Assembly (NCBI GenBank): GCA_965217775.1
Contig: CBDCJH010000002.1
Span: forward strand, 5,024,001-5,088,000
DNA length: 64,000 nt
DNA from: Acidobacteriota bacterium
Lineage (GTDB): Bacteria > Acidobacteriota > UBA6911 > RPQK01 > JAJDTT01
Reading direction: 5' to 3'
Shown: piece by piece, positions 1 through 10,102 of the stretch
Layout of the letters: each line of letters starts with the position of its first letter
How positions within the stretch are numbered: position 1 is the stretch's first letter
The notes under the pieces: model-generated
Told to the model about the DNA's origin: nothing
The model's database searches: none
Seen by the model: only the letters and a program-made list of their open reading frames with translations
Position numbers and translations under genes: made by a program

Positions 1-925
1 GTTGCCCCAACCGGTAAGTCAACAGTTGGCCCTTCGTGATTTCCGTCAACATGTACACTAGTTTCTGTTGGACCAGTTGATGGCCGGCAATGGGGCGGTT
101 CCCGAATTGGCGCCGCTCGAGAGCCCAGCGCCGGGCGGTCTCATAACAGGTCATGGCCGCCCCGAGAGCCCCCCAGGCGATGCCGTACCGAGCCTTGTTC
201 AAGCACATGAGGGCGCTTTTCAGACCTGTCGTCCCGGCCAGGAGGCGGTCTTCGGGGATCCGGCAGTCGTCCAGGATCAGCTCCGAGGTGACCGACGCTC
301 GAAGCGAATGCTTGTGGCGGTAGTCCCTGGTGGAAAAACCTTCGGTCGAGCGTTCCACCAGGAATCCACGGATTCCCGCTCCCTCCAGCCGCGCCCAGAC
401 GACGGCGACGTCGGCGAGGCTGCCGTTGGTCACCCAGGCCTTGTTTCCGTTCAGGACGAAACCCCCGCCGTGGTGCCGTGCCCGGGTCCGCATCCCAGCG
501 GGATTCGAGCCGAAATCGGGCTCGGTGAGACCAAAGCAGCCGATGGCCCGTCCGGCCTGTAGCCGCGGCAGCCAGTACGCTCGTTGCTCCTCGCTTCCGA
601 AACGGTGGATGGGGTACATGACCAGGGCATTCTGGACCGAGACGAAGCTGCGCAGGCCGCTGTCTCCCCTTTCCAGCTCCTGCATGATGAGGCCGTAGCC
701 GACCGGGCCGAGGCCGGCACAATTGTAGCCGGTCAAGCTGGCCCCCAGGTAGCCGAGGCCGGCCATGGACTCCACCAGATGCAGGGGGAACGTGCCTTTC
801 CGGAAATGGTCTTCGATGATGGGAACGACTCGTTCCTCGACGAAGCTGCGGACGCTGTCTCGAATCAGCCTTTCCTCCTGGGAAAGCAGGTCGTCGAGAC
901 GCATGAAATCGACGTTTTCCGACAC
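1..925 (-). CDS. Acyl-CoA dehydrogenase, glutaryl-CoA dehydrogenase-like (C-terminus runs off the window start)
   Basis: Manual minus-strand translation from GTG at 925: SENVDFMRLDDLLSQEERLIRDSVRSF...YGLIMQELERGDSGLRSFVSVQNALVMYPI...CLNKARYGIAWGALGAA...RRQFGNRPIAGHQLVQQKL. There is no stop inside the window, so it is absent from the ORF track. Confidence 0.88.
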   Translation of the reverse strand, partial: MSENVDFMRLDDLLSQEERLIRDSVRSFVEERVVPIIEDHFRKGTFPLHLVESMAGLGYLGASLTGYNCAGLGPVGYGLIMQELERGDSGLRSFVSVQNALVMYPIHRFGSEEQRAYWLPRLQAGRAIGCFGLTEPDFGSNPAGMRTRARHHGGGFVLNGNKAWVTNGSLADVAVVWARLEGAGIRGFLVERSTEGFSTRDYRHKHSLRASVTSELILDDCRIPEDRLLAGTTGLKSALMCLNKARYGIAWGALGAAMTCYETARRWALERRQFGNRPIAGHQLVQQKLVYMLTEITKGQLLTYRLGQ

Positions 926-1101
926 GGCGACGAATATAGCAGGCCGCGGCCGGAGGCGCGCGGCACCCGTCGGCCCGGCCGGCCCGCATGCCCGAAAGGC
1001 CGTGAGCACGGGCCGACGTTGATACCTCGCTGAAGACTTCGCGATGCCACCCTGATTCCCCGGTCCCCATTTCCCGCTCTTCCGTGTGCTATAAGGATTG
1101 C

Positions 1102-2103
1102 GTGATCGTTGGCCTCACTGGCCGCAACGGCTCTGGTAAAGGCGTCGTGGCCGACTACCTGCAAACCAAGGGCTTCGGTTTCTGGTCCCTCTCCGATGTG
1201 ATTCGCGAGGAGATCAGGCGGCGGGGGGAGGAAGTGACGCGGCCCCAGTTGATCCGTGTCGGAAGGGAGCTTCGATCCAGGTACGGCAACGACCATCTGG
1301 CGCAGGAGATTCTGGCCAAGCTGGAGGCGGATCGGAACTACGTCGTCGATTCCTTTCGCCACCCGGCGGAGGTTCGGGCATTTTCGCGGCAGCCCGACTT
1401 CTATCTGCTGGCGGTCGAAGCGGAGGCCGAAATCCGGCACCGTCGCGTCCGGGACCGCGCCCGGGAGAGCGACCCCGTCTCATTCGATCAGTTTCTCGAC
1501 TTGGAACGGCAAGAGCTGTCCAGTCCGGACACGCAAGGCCAGCAGCTTTTGGCGACGGGGCAGTTGGCCAACGTCAGCTTCGCCAACAACCGCACCAAGG
1601 AGGACCTTCAGCAGAAAATCGCCGATTGGCTGCTTCAGACGGTCCCCAAGATGACCCGGCCGCATTGGGATCCGTACTTCATGAAACTGGCGCAGGTGGT
1701 GGCGCTCAGGAGCAACTGCATCAAGCGCAAGGTGGGGGCCATCATCGTGCGCGATCTACGGGTGATCTCCACAGGCTACAACGGCACGCCGCGCGGCACC
1801 CGTAACTGTTTCGAGGGGGGCTGTCCCCGCTGTGCCGGGCTGGCGGACAGTGGTACGCAGTTGGGGGACTGCCTCTGTTCCCATGCCGAGGAGAATGCCA
1901 TCACCCAGGCGGCCTACCATGGCGTGAGCGTCAATGGGGGCGTTCTCTATACGACGTACTCGCCCTGCCTGACCTGCAGCAAGATGATCATCAACTCGGG
2001 AGTCGGCGAGGTGGTCTACAACTTGGAGTATCCTCTCTCCGGACGATCGTTTCGGCTCCTCCGTGAGGCGTCCGTCGACTGCCGCCAGCCGACGGACGGC
2101 TAG
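1102..2103 (+). CDS. Fusion of a P-loop nucleotide-kinase-like domain and a dCMP deaminase domain
   Basis: N-terminal GLTGRNGSGKG Walker A; C-terminal TGYNG, HAEENA and PCLTC zinc-deaminase motifs; GTG start chosen at 1102. Confidence 0.85.
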   Translation: MIVGLTGRNGSGKGVVADYLQTKGFGFWSLSDVIREEIRRRGEEVTRPQLIRVGRELRSRYGNDHLAQEILAKLEADRNYVVDSFRHPAEVRAFSRQPDFYLLAVEAEAEIRHRRVRDRARESDPVSFDQFLDLERQELSSPDTQGQQLLATGQLANVSFANNRTKEDLQQKIADWLLQTVPKMTRPHWDPYFMKLAQVVALRSNCIKRKVGAIIVRDLRVISTGYNGTPRGTRNCFEGGCPRCAGLADSGTQLGDCLCSHAEENAITQAAYHGVSVNGGVLYTTYSPCLTCSKMIINSGVGEVVYNLEYPLSGRSFRLLREASVDCRQPTDG

Positions 2104-2143
2104 CCGGGGTGCGGCCCGCGATGGTCCGGCGTCCCGGGGCAAT

Positions 2144-3505
2144 TCAAAGGTGGGACCGGCGTAGAGTGCGTTCCGCCTCCCGCAGCCGCGGGCTGAAGTG
2201 GACCGGATACGGGTCACCCTCGAGCTTCCACAATCGCGCCGGCAAGCCGTCCAACTGGGTCCGGGCGTAGTCCCTGATCTGACGGATATCGGGCAGGTCG
2301 CCCCTCGTTTCTCCGGCCTCGACGTATTGGACCAGCAACGAGGAGTGTCCGTCCGGGGCGGCTTCCCCTTCCGCCGCCAGCAGGTCCCCGCCAAGTCTTC
2401 CCCCCTCCCGGAGCCGATAAAGCTCCTTTCGAAGAGGGAACGACGCCTTGTCCCCGCTGATCTTCATTCGCGGCAGGATCCGGCCCTGGTGGATCCGCTC
2501 CACCAATTTGTACACCAGGTCGCAGGTGGGCGCTTCCGGGCAGGTGACCAGGTTCGTGCCCACGCCGTAGCCGTCGATAGGCGCCTCCCCCTTTGCCAGA
2601 GCCCTCACTCTCTCCGGGTCCAGATCGCCGCTGACCAGGATCCGCGTCTCGCTGCGTCCGTTCTGGTCCAGGAGCGCCCTGGCGGCCCGGGCCATTCGGC
2701 CCAGGTCTCCGCTGTCCAACCGAAGCCCCTGCACCGCCGCATCGAGGCTGAGGGCGTTCCCGATCCCGCGGAGAGTGTCGTAGGTATCCACGAGCAGAAT
2801 CGTGTGCCGGGGAAAGGTCCTCTGGAAGACCTCGAAGGCGCGCGTTTCGTCGTCGAAGAACTGAACGAAGGAGTGGGCCATGGTGCCGTAGAGGGGAAGG
2901 CCGAGCTGATATCCAGCCAGAACGTTGCTGGTGCCGGCGCAGCCGCCGATGAACGATGCCCGTGCCGCCAGCAGCCCGGCCTGTGGCCCCTGGGCGCGGC
3001 GGCTTCCGAAATCGATCACCGGCCGGCCTCGGGCGGCTCGGCAGAGCAGACTCGCCTTGGTGGCCACCGTCGTCTGGTAGCTGATCGACGCGATCAGATA
3101 GGTTTCCAGAAGTTGAGCCTCCATGACGGGGGCCCTGACCTGGAGAACGGGCTCGTGAGGGAAGAATGGAGTCCCCTCGGGCAAGGCCCAGAGATCCCCG
3201 CTGAACCGGAAATCACGGAGGTAATCGAAGAACTCCGGAGAAACCCCGCGGAAGACGTCCAGAGTCCGCAGCCAGGCGAGAATATCCTCTGGAAAGTGCA
3301 GGTTCAGAACTTGGTGCAGCGCCTGTTCCAACCCGGCGGCAAGCAGAAAGCCCCTCTCCTCCGGCAAGCGGCGGGTAAAGAGCTCGAAGCTGGCCCGCTC
3401 CTCGGCGAACGCCGCCTCGAAGTAGGCGGCGAGCATGGTCAATTCGTAGAGGTCGGTGTGGATGCCGAGGGTTTCCCGGGAGGGAAACAAGGGCTGCAGA
3501 TTCAT
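2144..3505 (-). CDS. pncB: Nicotinate phosphoribosyltransferase
   Basis: TDLYELTM, DFGSRRAQG, GTMAHSF, LVDTYDT and RLDSGDL motifs. Confidence 0.93.
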   Translation of the reverse strand: MNLQPLFPSRETLGIHTDLYELTMLAAYFEAAFAEERASFELFTRRLPEERGFLLAAGLEQALHQVLNLHFPEDILAWLRTLDVFRGVSPEFFDYLRDFRFSGDLWALPEGTPFFPHEPVLQVRAPVMEAQLLETYLIASISYQTTVATKASLLCRAARGRPVIDFGSRRAQGPQAGLLAARASFIGGCAGTSNVLAGYQLGLPLYGTMAHSFVQFFDDETRAFEVFQRTFPRHTILLVDTYDTLRGIGNALSLDAAVQGLRLDSGDLGRMARAARALLDQNGRSETRILVSGDLDPERVRALAKGEAPIDGYGVGTNLVTCPEAPTCDLVYKLVERIHQGRILPRMKISGDKASFPLRKELYRLREGGRLGGDLLAAEGEAAPDGHSSLLVQYVEAGETRGDLPDIRQIRDYARTQLDGLPARLWKLEGDPYPVHFSPRLREAERTLRRSHL

Positions 3506-4800
3506 GCTTCAGGAAACACGCGGGCAAAGACCGTGTCGACGTGCTCAAGGGTCTGCCGGAGGTCGAAGGCGGCTTCGATCTGTTCCGGCGAGAGATGGGA
3601 TCCGATGTCGGGGTCGGCGAGGATGAGTGTCTTGAAGTCGATCTTCTCGTTCCAGACTCGGAGGGCGTTGCGTTGGACCCATTCGTAAGCCTGGCTGCGG
3701 AGAACTCCCGCCATGACCAGCTTCAGCAACAGCGTGCCCGAGTAGACCAGCCCCCCGGTCAACTCCAGGTTGGCCAGCATTCTCTCCCGGTTCACCACCA
3801 GATTGTCCACGACCCGCCCGAGCCTCAGGGTGAGGTAATGGCCCAGGGTCGTGCTGTCGGGCAGGATGACCCGCTCCACCGAGGAGTGAGAAATGTCCCG
3901 CTCGTGCCAGAGGGGAATGTTCTCCAGCGCCGCCAGGGCGTTGGCGCGAAGCACCCGCGAAAGTCCGCTCACGTTTTCGGAGCTGATGGGGTTCTTCTTG
4001 TGAGGCATGGCGGAGCTGCCCGTCTGACCGGTCCGGAAGGCCTCGCTGGCTTCGCCCACTTCGGTTCGCTGCAGGTGGCGAATCTCGGTGGCGATCTTGT
4101 CGTAGGTCGAACCCAGGATGGCCAAGGTGCACAGGTATTCGGCGTGGCGGTCCCGTTGCAGCGTCTGGGTGGAGGCGGCGGCATAGCCGATGCCGAGTGC
4201 GGCACAGACCTTCTCCTCGACCTCGGGGGGGAGGTGGGAAAAGGTGCCCACCGGGCCGCTGATCTTGCCCACCTCCAAGATCTTGCGGGCCTTTCGGAAG
4301 CGCTCCAGGTTGCGCTCCATTTCCGAGTACCAGACCGTCACCTTGAGGCCGAACGTCGTGGGTTCGGCATGGATCCCGTGGGTCCGTCCCATCATCGGGG
4401 TGTCCTTGTACCGGTGCGCCTTGCGGCGCAGCACTTCCAGAAAATCCAGGAGTGCGGATTCGATCAACCCGGAGGCTTCCTTGACCTGGAGCGCCTGGGC
4501 CGTGTCCACGACGTCGGTGGAGGTCAAGCCCATGTGGATGAAGCGGGAGGCCGGCCCCACCACTTCCGAGACGGCCCGGATGAAGGCCACGACGTCGTGA
4601 CGCGTGACGGCCTCGATCTGATGAATCCGGTCGACGGAAAACCCCGCCTTTTCGCGGATTTCCGACATGGCAGCCGGCGGGATGCGTCCCCCATCGCTCA
4701 GCACCTGGCAGACTGCCACCTCTACCTCGAGCCATTTTCGGAACTTGTTTTCTTCGGACCAGATCCGGGCCATTTCGGGCCGGCTGTACCGGGGAATCAT
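3502..4800 (-). CDS. purB: Adenylosuccinate lyase
   Basis: MIPRYSRPEM start; GRTHGIHAEP; GSSAMPHKKNP fumarate-lyase signature. Confidence 0.96.
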   Translation of the reverse strand: MIPRYSRPEMARIWSEENKFRKWLEVEVAVCQVLSDGGRIPPAAMSEIREKAGFSVDRIHQIEAVTRHDVVAFIRAVSEVVGPASRFIHMGLTSTDVVDTAQALQVKEASGLIESALLDFLEVLRRKAHRYKDTPMMGRTHGIHAEPTTFGLKVTVWYSEMERNLERFRKARKILEVGKISGPVGTFSHLPPEVEEKVCAALGIGYAAASTQTLQRDRHAEYLCTLAILGSTYDKIATEIRHLQRTEVGEASEAFRTGQTGSSAMPHKKNPISSENVSGLSRVLRANALAALENIPLWHERDISHSSVERVILPDSTTLGHYLTLRLGRVVDNLVVNRERMLANLELTGGLVYSGTLLLKLVMAGVLRSQAYEWVQRNALRVWNEKIDFKTLILADPDIGSHLSPEQIEAAFDLRQTLEHVDTVFARVFPEA

Positions 4801-5576
4801 AGGTCCAAGACTATGGAGGGCCGGTTCTGGTGAGTCAAGTGGACCCGGGGGCCGGATTCCCCCCTTTCGGAGGGGCCGGAAAGAGCCGCCGACACCTGAT
4901 CCAAGGCCAGTTGCGGATGGTTGTTGGTGCGGCTCAAATGGGCCAGGAGTATGTGTTTTGTCTTGGCGCCCAGGTGGGTCTTGAGGCACCGGCCCAGGGC
5001 GTGGTTGGAAAGGTGCCCCTTTGGTCCCATCAGCCGTTGCTTGAGGAGCCAGGGATAGGGTCCGGCCAGCACCATCTCCTCGTCGTGGTTGGACTCCATG
5101 ATCAACCAGTCGCAGTCAGCCAGATGTTCCAGGATTTCCCGGGTCGGTTCACCCAGGTCGGTGGCGAGAAGGCCCTGAGTCCCTTCGGCCGCAAAACGGA
5201 ATCCGACCGGCTGGGCCGCGTCGTGGGAGACGGGGAAGGCTTCGACCTCCAGGTCGCCGATGTGAAAGGGAGAGCCGACAGGGACGATCTTCACCCGGTT
5301 CAATTCCTGAAGCGGGCGGCTCTCCCGCAAGGTCCCTTCGGTCATGAGCACGAGGGCATCCAGATCCCGGACCAGGGCCGGGACGCCGCTGACGTGATCC
5401 GTGTGTTCGTGCGTCAGAAGGAGGGCATCCAGCCGATCCAGGGACAGGCCCGCCTGCTGCAGGCGCCGGCGAAGGCTGATTCGACCGAAGCCCAGATCGA
5501 CCAGAATCCGGGTCTCTCTCGTCGCGATGTAGGTGCAGTTTCCCGCGCTGCCACTTCCCAGAACGCAGAGTTTCAT
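4797..5576 (-). CDS. MBL-fold metallo-hydrolase (YycJ/WalJ-like)
   Basis: LGSGSAGN, THEHTDH, SHDA, ESNHD, GHLSN and LAHLS motifs; start trimmed to MKLCVLG. Confidence 0.9.
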   Translation of the reverse strand: MKLCVLGSGSAGNCTYIATRETRILVDLGFGRISLRRRLQQAGLSLDRLDALLLTHEHTDHVSGVPALVRDLDALVLMTEGTLRESRPLQELNRVKIVPVGSPFHIGDLEVEAFPVSHDAAQPVGFRFAAEGTQGLLATDLGEPTREILEHLADCDWLIMESNHDEEMVLAGPYPWLLKQRLMGPKGHLSNHALGRCLKTHLGAKTKHILLAHLSRTNNHPQLALDQVSAALSGPSERGESGPRVHLTHQNRPSIVLDL

Positions 5577-5720
5577 GTTGAGTCCGGACCCTCCGCAACG
5601 ATGGTCTTGCGAAGCGTCGACCGAATGCCGTGATGGTGTTTTGCGCCGGCTGTTAGAATCTACCAGCCGGGTGTGAAAGGGGGCGAACGGTCCCACGATC
5701 CGGGGAAGGGGCGGCATCAG

Positions 5721-7073
5721 GTGACTTCCAGTTTCCACATCTTCAGCTTCGGTTGCCGGACCAACCAGTCTGACAGCGCCGCCATCCGGCAGGACTTCCT
5801 GGGGCGCGGCTACCAGGAGGCATGGGACTGGCGGGAGGCGGGGATCATCATCGTCAACTCCTGTACCGTCACGCATCGAGCCGATCAGCAGGTGCGGCAA
5901 CTGGTCCGCCGGTTTCACCGCGAAAACGCTGCGGCCCGGATCGTGGTGACGGGTTGCTATGCCCAACGGGATCCGGAAATCCTGTCCCGAATTCCAGGTG
6001 TCGAGACCGTCATCGGCAACACCCACAAGAGTGATCTGGTGCGGATCGTGGAGGGGCCGGCGGCATCCGCCCTGACGGCGGACGAGCTGGCTGACGTGTA
6101 CCGGCAGGAGTTCGTCAAGGTCCGCACCATGAAGGGCGCGGCCGCGGGATCGCCGGGGCTTCGAGTCCGACCCTTCGTCAAAGTCCAGGACGGCTGTGAC
6201 GCCAAGTGCACGTACTGCATCATTCCGCTGGTTCGAGGACCCGGACGGAGCTTGCCGCCGGAGCAGGTGCTGGCCCAAGTGCGGCAGTTGGCCCGAAAGG
6301 GGTTCCAGGAGGTGGTTCTGACCGGAATCCACATTGGAACCTACGGAGTGCATCTGAAGCCGCGTTATTCTCTGGATCGCCTCCTGGCGGACGTGGCCGA
6401 GACGCCGGGGCTGGTCCGGGTGCGGCTGAGTTCCATCGAACCGATGCAGCTGTCGCGGCGGGTGATCGAGTTGGCAGCCGGGAACGACAAGATCTGCCCG
6501 CATTTCCACATCTGCCTGCAGAGCGGCAGCAACCGGATCCTGCGGAAGATGTTGCGCCCGTACAACACGTCCAGGTTTGGAGAGATCGTGCAGGAGATCC
6601 GGGCCACGTTGCCCCAGGCGGCCATCGGAACGGATCTGGTGGTTGGATTTCCGGGGGAGACGCCACGGGACCACCTCGAAACCGTCCGTTTCGTTCAGGC
6701 CATGCCCTTCACCTATCTCCACGTGTTCCCGTACAGCGACCGGCCCGGGACCCGAGCTTCGGCAATGCGGGCCAAAGTCGACCCGCGGGTGCAGCGTCAG
6801 CGATGTTGGGAGTTGAGGCAGATTTCGGCGGCAAAGAATCGCGCTTTCCGGCGCCGGTTCATCGGCAGGAAGCTTTCGGTCCTGACGCTGGGAGAGTCTG
6901 CCGCCGGCAGGTGGGAGGGGATCTCCGCAAACTACATCAAGGTTCGTTTTCCGGTCCCCATGGCGCCCAACAGAATGGTCCGGGTCGAGGCCGCAGGGGA
7001 GACGGAGGATGGTCTGGCCGGGGACCCCGGGTCAGCGTGTCAACCGTCGATGACGACGCAGGCCACTGCGTAG
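5721..7073 (+). CDS. mtaB: tRNA t6A37 methylthiotransferase (radical SAM)
   Basis: FGCRTNQ, NSCTVT, TGCYAQ, KVQDGCDAKCTYC (CX3CX2C) and HVFPYSDRPGT. Confidence 0.92.
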   Translation: MTSSFHIFSFGCRTNQSDSAAIRQDFLGRGYQEAWDWREAGIIIVNSCTVTHRADQQVRQLVRRFHRENAAARIVVTGCYAQRDPEILSRIPGVETVIGNTHKSDLVRIVEGPAASALTADELADVYRQEFVKVRTMKGAAAGSPGLRVRPFVKVQDGCDAKCTYCIIPLVRGPGRSLPPEQVLAQVRQLARKGFQEVVLTGIHIGTYGVHLKPRYSLDRLLADVAETPGLVRVRLSSIEPMQLSRRVIELAAGNDKICPHFHICLQSGSNRILRKMLRPYNTSRFGEIVQEIRATLPQAAIGTDLVVGFPGETPRDHLETVRFVQAMPFTYLHVFPYSDRPGTRASAMRAKVDPRVQRQRCWELRQISAAKNRAFRRRFIGRKLSVLTLGESAAGRWEGISANYIKVRFPVPMAPNRMVRVEAAGETEDGLAGDPGSACQPSMTTQATA

Positions 7074-7414
7074 TCGGTGGCGTGGGTGATCGTGAGGTGG
7101 CTCCTTTGAGCCTTCGATTCCTTGAAGATGGCCGCCGCTTTTCCGTAAAGGGTCAACCGGGGTTCCCCCATCGGCCCGGCCGTGGTTTCGACGTCGCGCC
7201 ACCGGATCCCAGCCTGCCAACCAGTCCCCAGGGCCTTCAGGGCCGCCTCTTTGGCTGCGAATCGACCGGCGAAATGCTGGTATTTGTTCCGCCGCTGGGA
7301 GCAGTATCGTATTTCTTCAGGGGTGAAGACTCGCTCGGTGATGGATTTGCTGCCACGTAGAGCCTTGGCGATCCGCACGACCTCCACGATGTCCAGTCCG
7401 ATTCCGACGACCAT
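7040..7414 (-). CDS. acpS: Holo-ACP synthase
   Basis: GIGLDIVE and AGRFAAKEAALKALGTG motifs; 3' end overlaps the convergent mtaB by 34 nt. Confidence 0.94.
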   Translation of the reverse strand: MVVGIGLDIVEVVRIAKALRGSKSITERVFTPEEIRYCSQRRNKYQHFAGRFAAKEAALKALGTGWQAGIRWRDVETTAGPMGEPRLTLYGKAAAIFKESKAQRSHLTITHATDYAVACVVIDG

Positions 7415-7493
7415 GGGGAACCCTCTGTGAACCGGGCACAGTTTACTGTGAGGAGGCTGGTCAGTTCCAGGGCATGCTACTCTGGCCCCGCCC

Positions 7494-8264
7494 ATGATGG
7501 TGGAGAAGACGGCCGGTGATTTCCCCTATCTGGCCTTCCCGGGCCTGACGGCAATCCCCGGATTCGTCCACGCCCTCACGACCCGGGCAACCGACGGGTG
7601 CCGGCCGGCTCAGCAGGCTGCCCGCCCGCCGGAACCGGGAGCGGAATTTCTGAATGCACTCGGCATCCCCTCGCGAAGACTGATCCTGTTGGAACAGGAG
7701 CACGCAGACGGTGTGCTTGCGGTCGAGGCCGCGTGGCCGCAGGCCGCGGCGGGAAAACCTTCTGCGGATGCCGTAGTTCTTTCATCCTCGGGCTGGTATT
7801 CGGCGATTCGGACAGCGGATTGTCTTTCGGTGTTGGCCGTGGAGCCGCGCCGGCGGGTCGTGGGCTTGGTGCACGCCGGCTGGCGGGGAACCTGCAAGCG
7901 GGTGACTGCCAAGGCGTTGGCTCACCTGCTCCGTTTGTCGGGGGCAGCTCCCGAGGATCTGTGGGTCGGGTTCGGGCCCTGCATCCGGAATTGTTGTTAC
8001 GAGGTCGGCGAAGAGGTGAGGGCCGCCTACCGGGAGCGCGGCCACGAGACGCGGGAGATCTTCCAGGGGAGGTGCCTGGACCTGATCCGGGCCAACCGGC
8101 TCCAACTGGAGCAACTGGGCGTCAGCCGGATTGTGGACTCCGGTCTCTGCACCTCCTGCTGCAACGATCGGTTCTATTCCTACCGGCGGGAAAAGACGGA
8201 GCGGAGGATGTGGACTCTGGCCGGCTTTCGCCCCGGGCTGTCCAAGCTTCATCCGCTCGAATGA
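7494..8264 (+). CDS. pgeF: YfiH/PgeF-family purine nucleoside phosphorylase / polyphenol-oxidase-like protein
   Basis: TADCL, HAGWRG, GPCI..CCYEVG and CTSC..FYSYRR motifs. Confidence 0.88.
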   Translation: MMVEKTAGDFPYLAFPGLTAIPGFVHALTTRATDGCRPAQQAARPPEPGAEFLNALGIPSRRLILLEQEHADGVLAVEAAWPQAAAGKPSADAVVLSSSGWYSAIRTADCLSVLAVEPRRRVVGLVHAGWRGTCKRVTAKALAHLLRLSGAAPEDLWVGFGPCIRNCCYEVGEEVRAAYRERGHETREIFQGRCLDLIRANRLQLEQLGVSRIVDSGLCTSCCNDRFYSYRREKTERRMWTLAGFRPGLSKLHPLE

Positions 8265-8286
8265 CGGGGCGGCCCCTGAGCCGGTT

Positions 8287-8769
8287 TCAGAGCTGGATGC
8301 TCTCGATCTTTTTCTGTTGAGCCGCCTTGTAGGCCCTCAGCTTTTTCTGAAGACTCGTATCGCTGCGACTCAGGATCTGGACTGCCACCAGCCCCGCATT
8401 CCGGGCGCCCGCCTTGCCGATGGCCATGGTGGCCACGGGAACGCCGCCTGGCATCTGAACGGTGGCCAAAAGGGCATCCAGGCCTTTCAGCGGCGAAGAG
8501 TCGATAGGCACGCCGATGACCGGAAGAATGGTATGGGCCGCCAAGACACCGGCCAGATGGGCGGCCGCGCCGGCGCCTGCAATCAGCACCTGAATTCCAC
8601 GTCCCTCCGCATCCTGTGCGAATTCCTGGGTCAGGGTGGGCGAGCGGTGGGCCGAGAGAACTCGGATGTCGTAGGGAACTCCAAAATCCTCCAGGATCTT
8701 GCTCGCCTCCCGCATCACCCCGAGATCGGAAACGCTTCCCATGAGGATGCCGACTTTCGGTGCACTCAT
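8287..8769 (-). CDS. purE: N5-CAIR mutase
   Basis: MGSVSD, SAHRSP, AGAGAAAHLAG and QMPGGVPVAT motifs. Confidence 0.95.
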   Translation of the reverse strand: MSAPKVGILMGSVSDLGVMREASKILEDFGVPYDIRVLSAHRSPTLTQEFAQDAEGRGIQVLIAGAGAAAHLAGVLAAHTILPVIGVPIDSSPLKGLDALLATVQMPGGVPVATMAIGKAGARNAGLVAVQILSRSDTSLQKKLRAYKAAQQKKIESIQL

Positions 8770-10064
8770 TCTGAATTCCTTTCTGCTTGGGAAAGCCGCC
8801 GGTACGCGATGTCCCGTCGAAAGTAGAGGCCGTCGAAGTGGATCGCCTTCAACCCCGAATAGGCTCGCCGCACAGCCTCGTCGAGAGAGGGCGCCAGTGC
8901 CGTGACGCCCAGCACCCTTCCGCCGCTGGTCACGAACCGGCCTTCCTGCTGGGAAGTTCCGGCGTGGAACACGACCAGGTTCTCCATCCGGCCCACCCTT
9001 GCCAGCCCCGAGATCTTCTGTCCCTTGAGGTAGGACCCGGGATAGCCCCGGGATGCGGCGACCACGCAGACCGCGGCGCCGGAGGTCCATTCGGCTCGGA
9101 CACCCGCCAGATCGCCGCAGGCCCCCTGAAGCAGGAGCAGGGCGAGGTCGCTCCGGAGCCGCGGCAGGATCACCTGTGTTTCCGGGTCTCCAAAGCGCAC
9201 GTTGAATTCGAGGACCTTGGGGCCATCCGTAGTGAGCATCAGTCCGGCGTAGAGGATTCCGGCGAAGGGATGGCCCTCCTGGTTCATGCCGTCTACCGTG
9301 GGGAGAATAATTTCGTCCAGGATCCGCTGCCGCAGGTCGGTGGACAAGAGGCCATCCATGGAGTAGGCGCCCATACCGCCCGTGTTGGGACCCCGGTCGC
9401 CTTCGAAAATCTGCTTGTGGTCCTGGGAGGGGACCATGGGGACCACGTTCCCGGCTCCGTCGGCCAGGACCATGAACGAAGCCTCTTCTCCTTGTAGGAA
9501 CTCCTCGATCACCAGCCGGTCCCCGGCAGTTCCGAATCGTTTTGCAATCATGATCCGGTCGACGGCCGCGACGGCCTCCTGCAGGTCGGTGCAGATCAGG
9601 ACGCCCTTGCCGGCCGCCAGACCGTCAGCCTTGAGCACCACGGGAAAGTCGAAGCGCCCGTTCCGAAGCGCCCGTTCCGCCGCCGCCGCCGCGTCGTACA
9701 CGTGGTAGGCGGCCGTGGGGATCTGGTGGCGGGCCATGAAATCCTTGGCGAAGGCCTTGCTTCCTTCCAGCCGCGCCGCTTTCGCCGAAGGCCCCATAAG
9801 CGGCACGCCGGCTTGACGAAAGAGGTCCCCGATGCCGTCCACCAGGCTGGCTTCCGGTCCGACGACGGCCAGGTCCACACTTCGGCTGACGGCGAAGTCC
9901 AATAGTTGGCGGAGAGTAAGCTTGGGAAGGAGACGGGTCTTGGCGGCCTTCGCGATGCCGGCGTTCCCGGGCGAGCAGTAAATCTCCCCGACCTGATCGC
10001 TCAGGCCCAGTTTCCAGACCAGCGCATGTTCTCTTCCGCCGGAACCGACAACCAGTATCTTCAC
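8766..10064 (-). CDS. purD: Phosphoribosylamine-glycine ligase
   Basis: GSGGREHAL, KADGLAAGKGV, GPNTGGMGA and EFNVRFGDPE motifs. Confidence 0.97.
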   Translation of the reverse strand: MKILVVGSGGREHALVWKLGLSDQVGEIYCSPGNAGIAKAAKTRLLPKLTLRQLLDFAVSRSVDLAVVGPEASLVDGIGDLFRQAGVPLMGPSAKAARLEGSKAFAKDFMARHQIPTAAYHVYDAAAAAERALRNGRFDFPVVLKADGLAAGKGVLICTDLQEAVAAVDRIMIAKRFGTAGDRLVIEEFLQGEEASFMVLADGAGNVVPMVPSQDHKQIFEGDRGPNTGGMGAYSMDGLLSTDLRQRILDEIILPTVDGMNQEGHPFAGILYAGLMLTTDGPKVLEFNVRFGDPETQVILPRLRSDLALLLLQGACGDLAGVRAEWTSGAAVCVVAASRGYPGSYLKGQKISGLARVGRMENLVVFHAGTSQQEGRFVTSGGRVLGVTALAPSLDEAVRRAYSGLKAIHFDGLYFRRDIAYRRLSQAERNSE

Positions 10065-10102
10065 TCTTGTTTCGCGACGAGCAGGCTGGAACCGTGCCCG
10101 GG

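Noticed and set aside
4797-6722. 641-aa extended MBL protein, and similar 5' extensions of purB, purE, pyrE, GntR, queD and DUF4143 in the ORF track
   Set aside because: The extensions overlap neighbouring genes; family-typical N-termini start at the trimmed positions used above.
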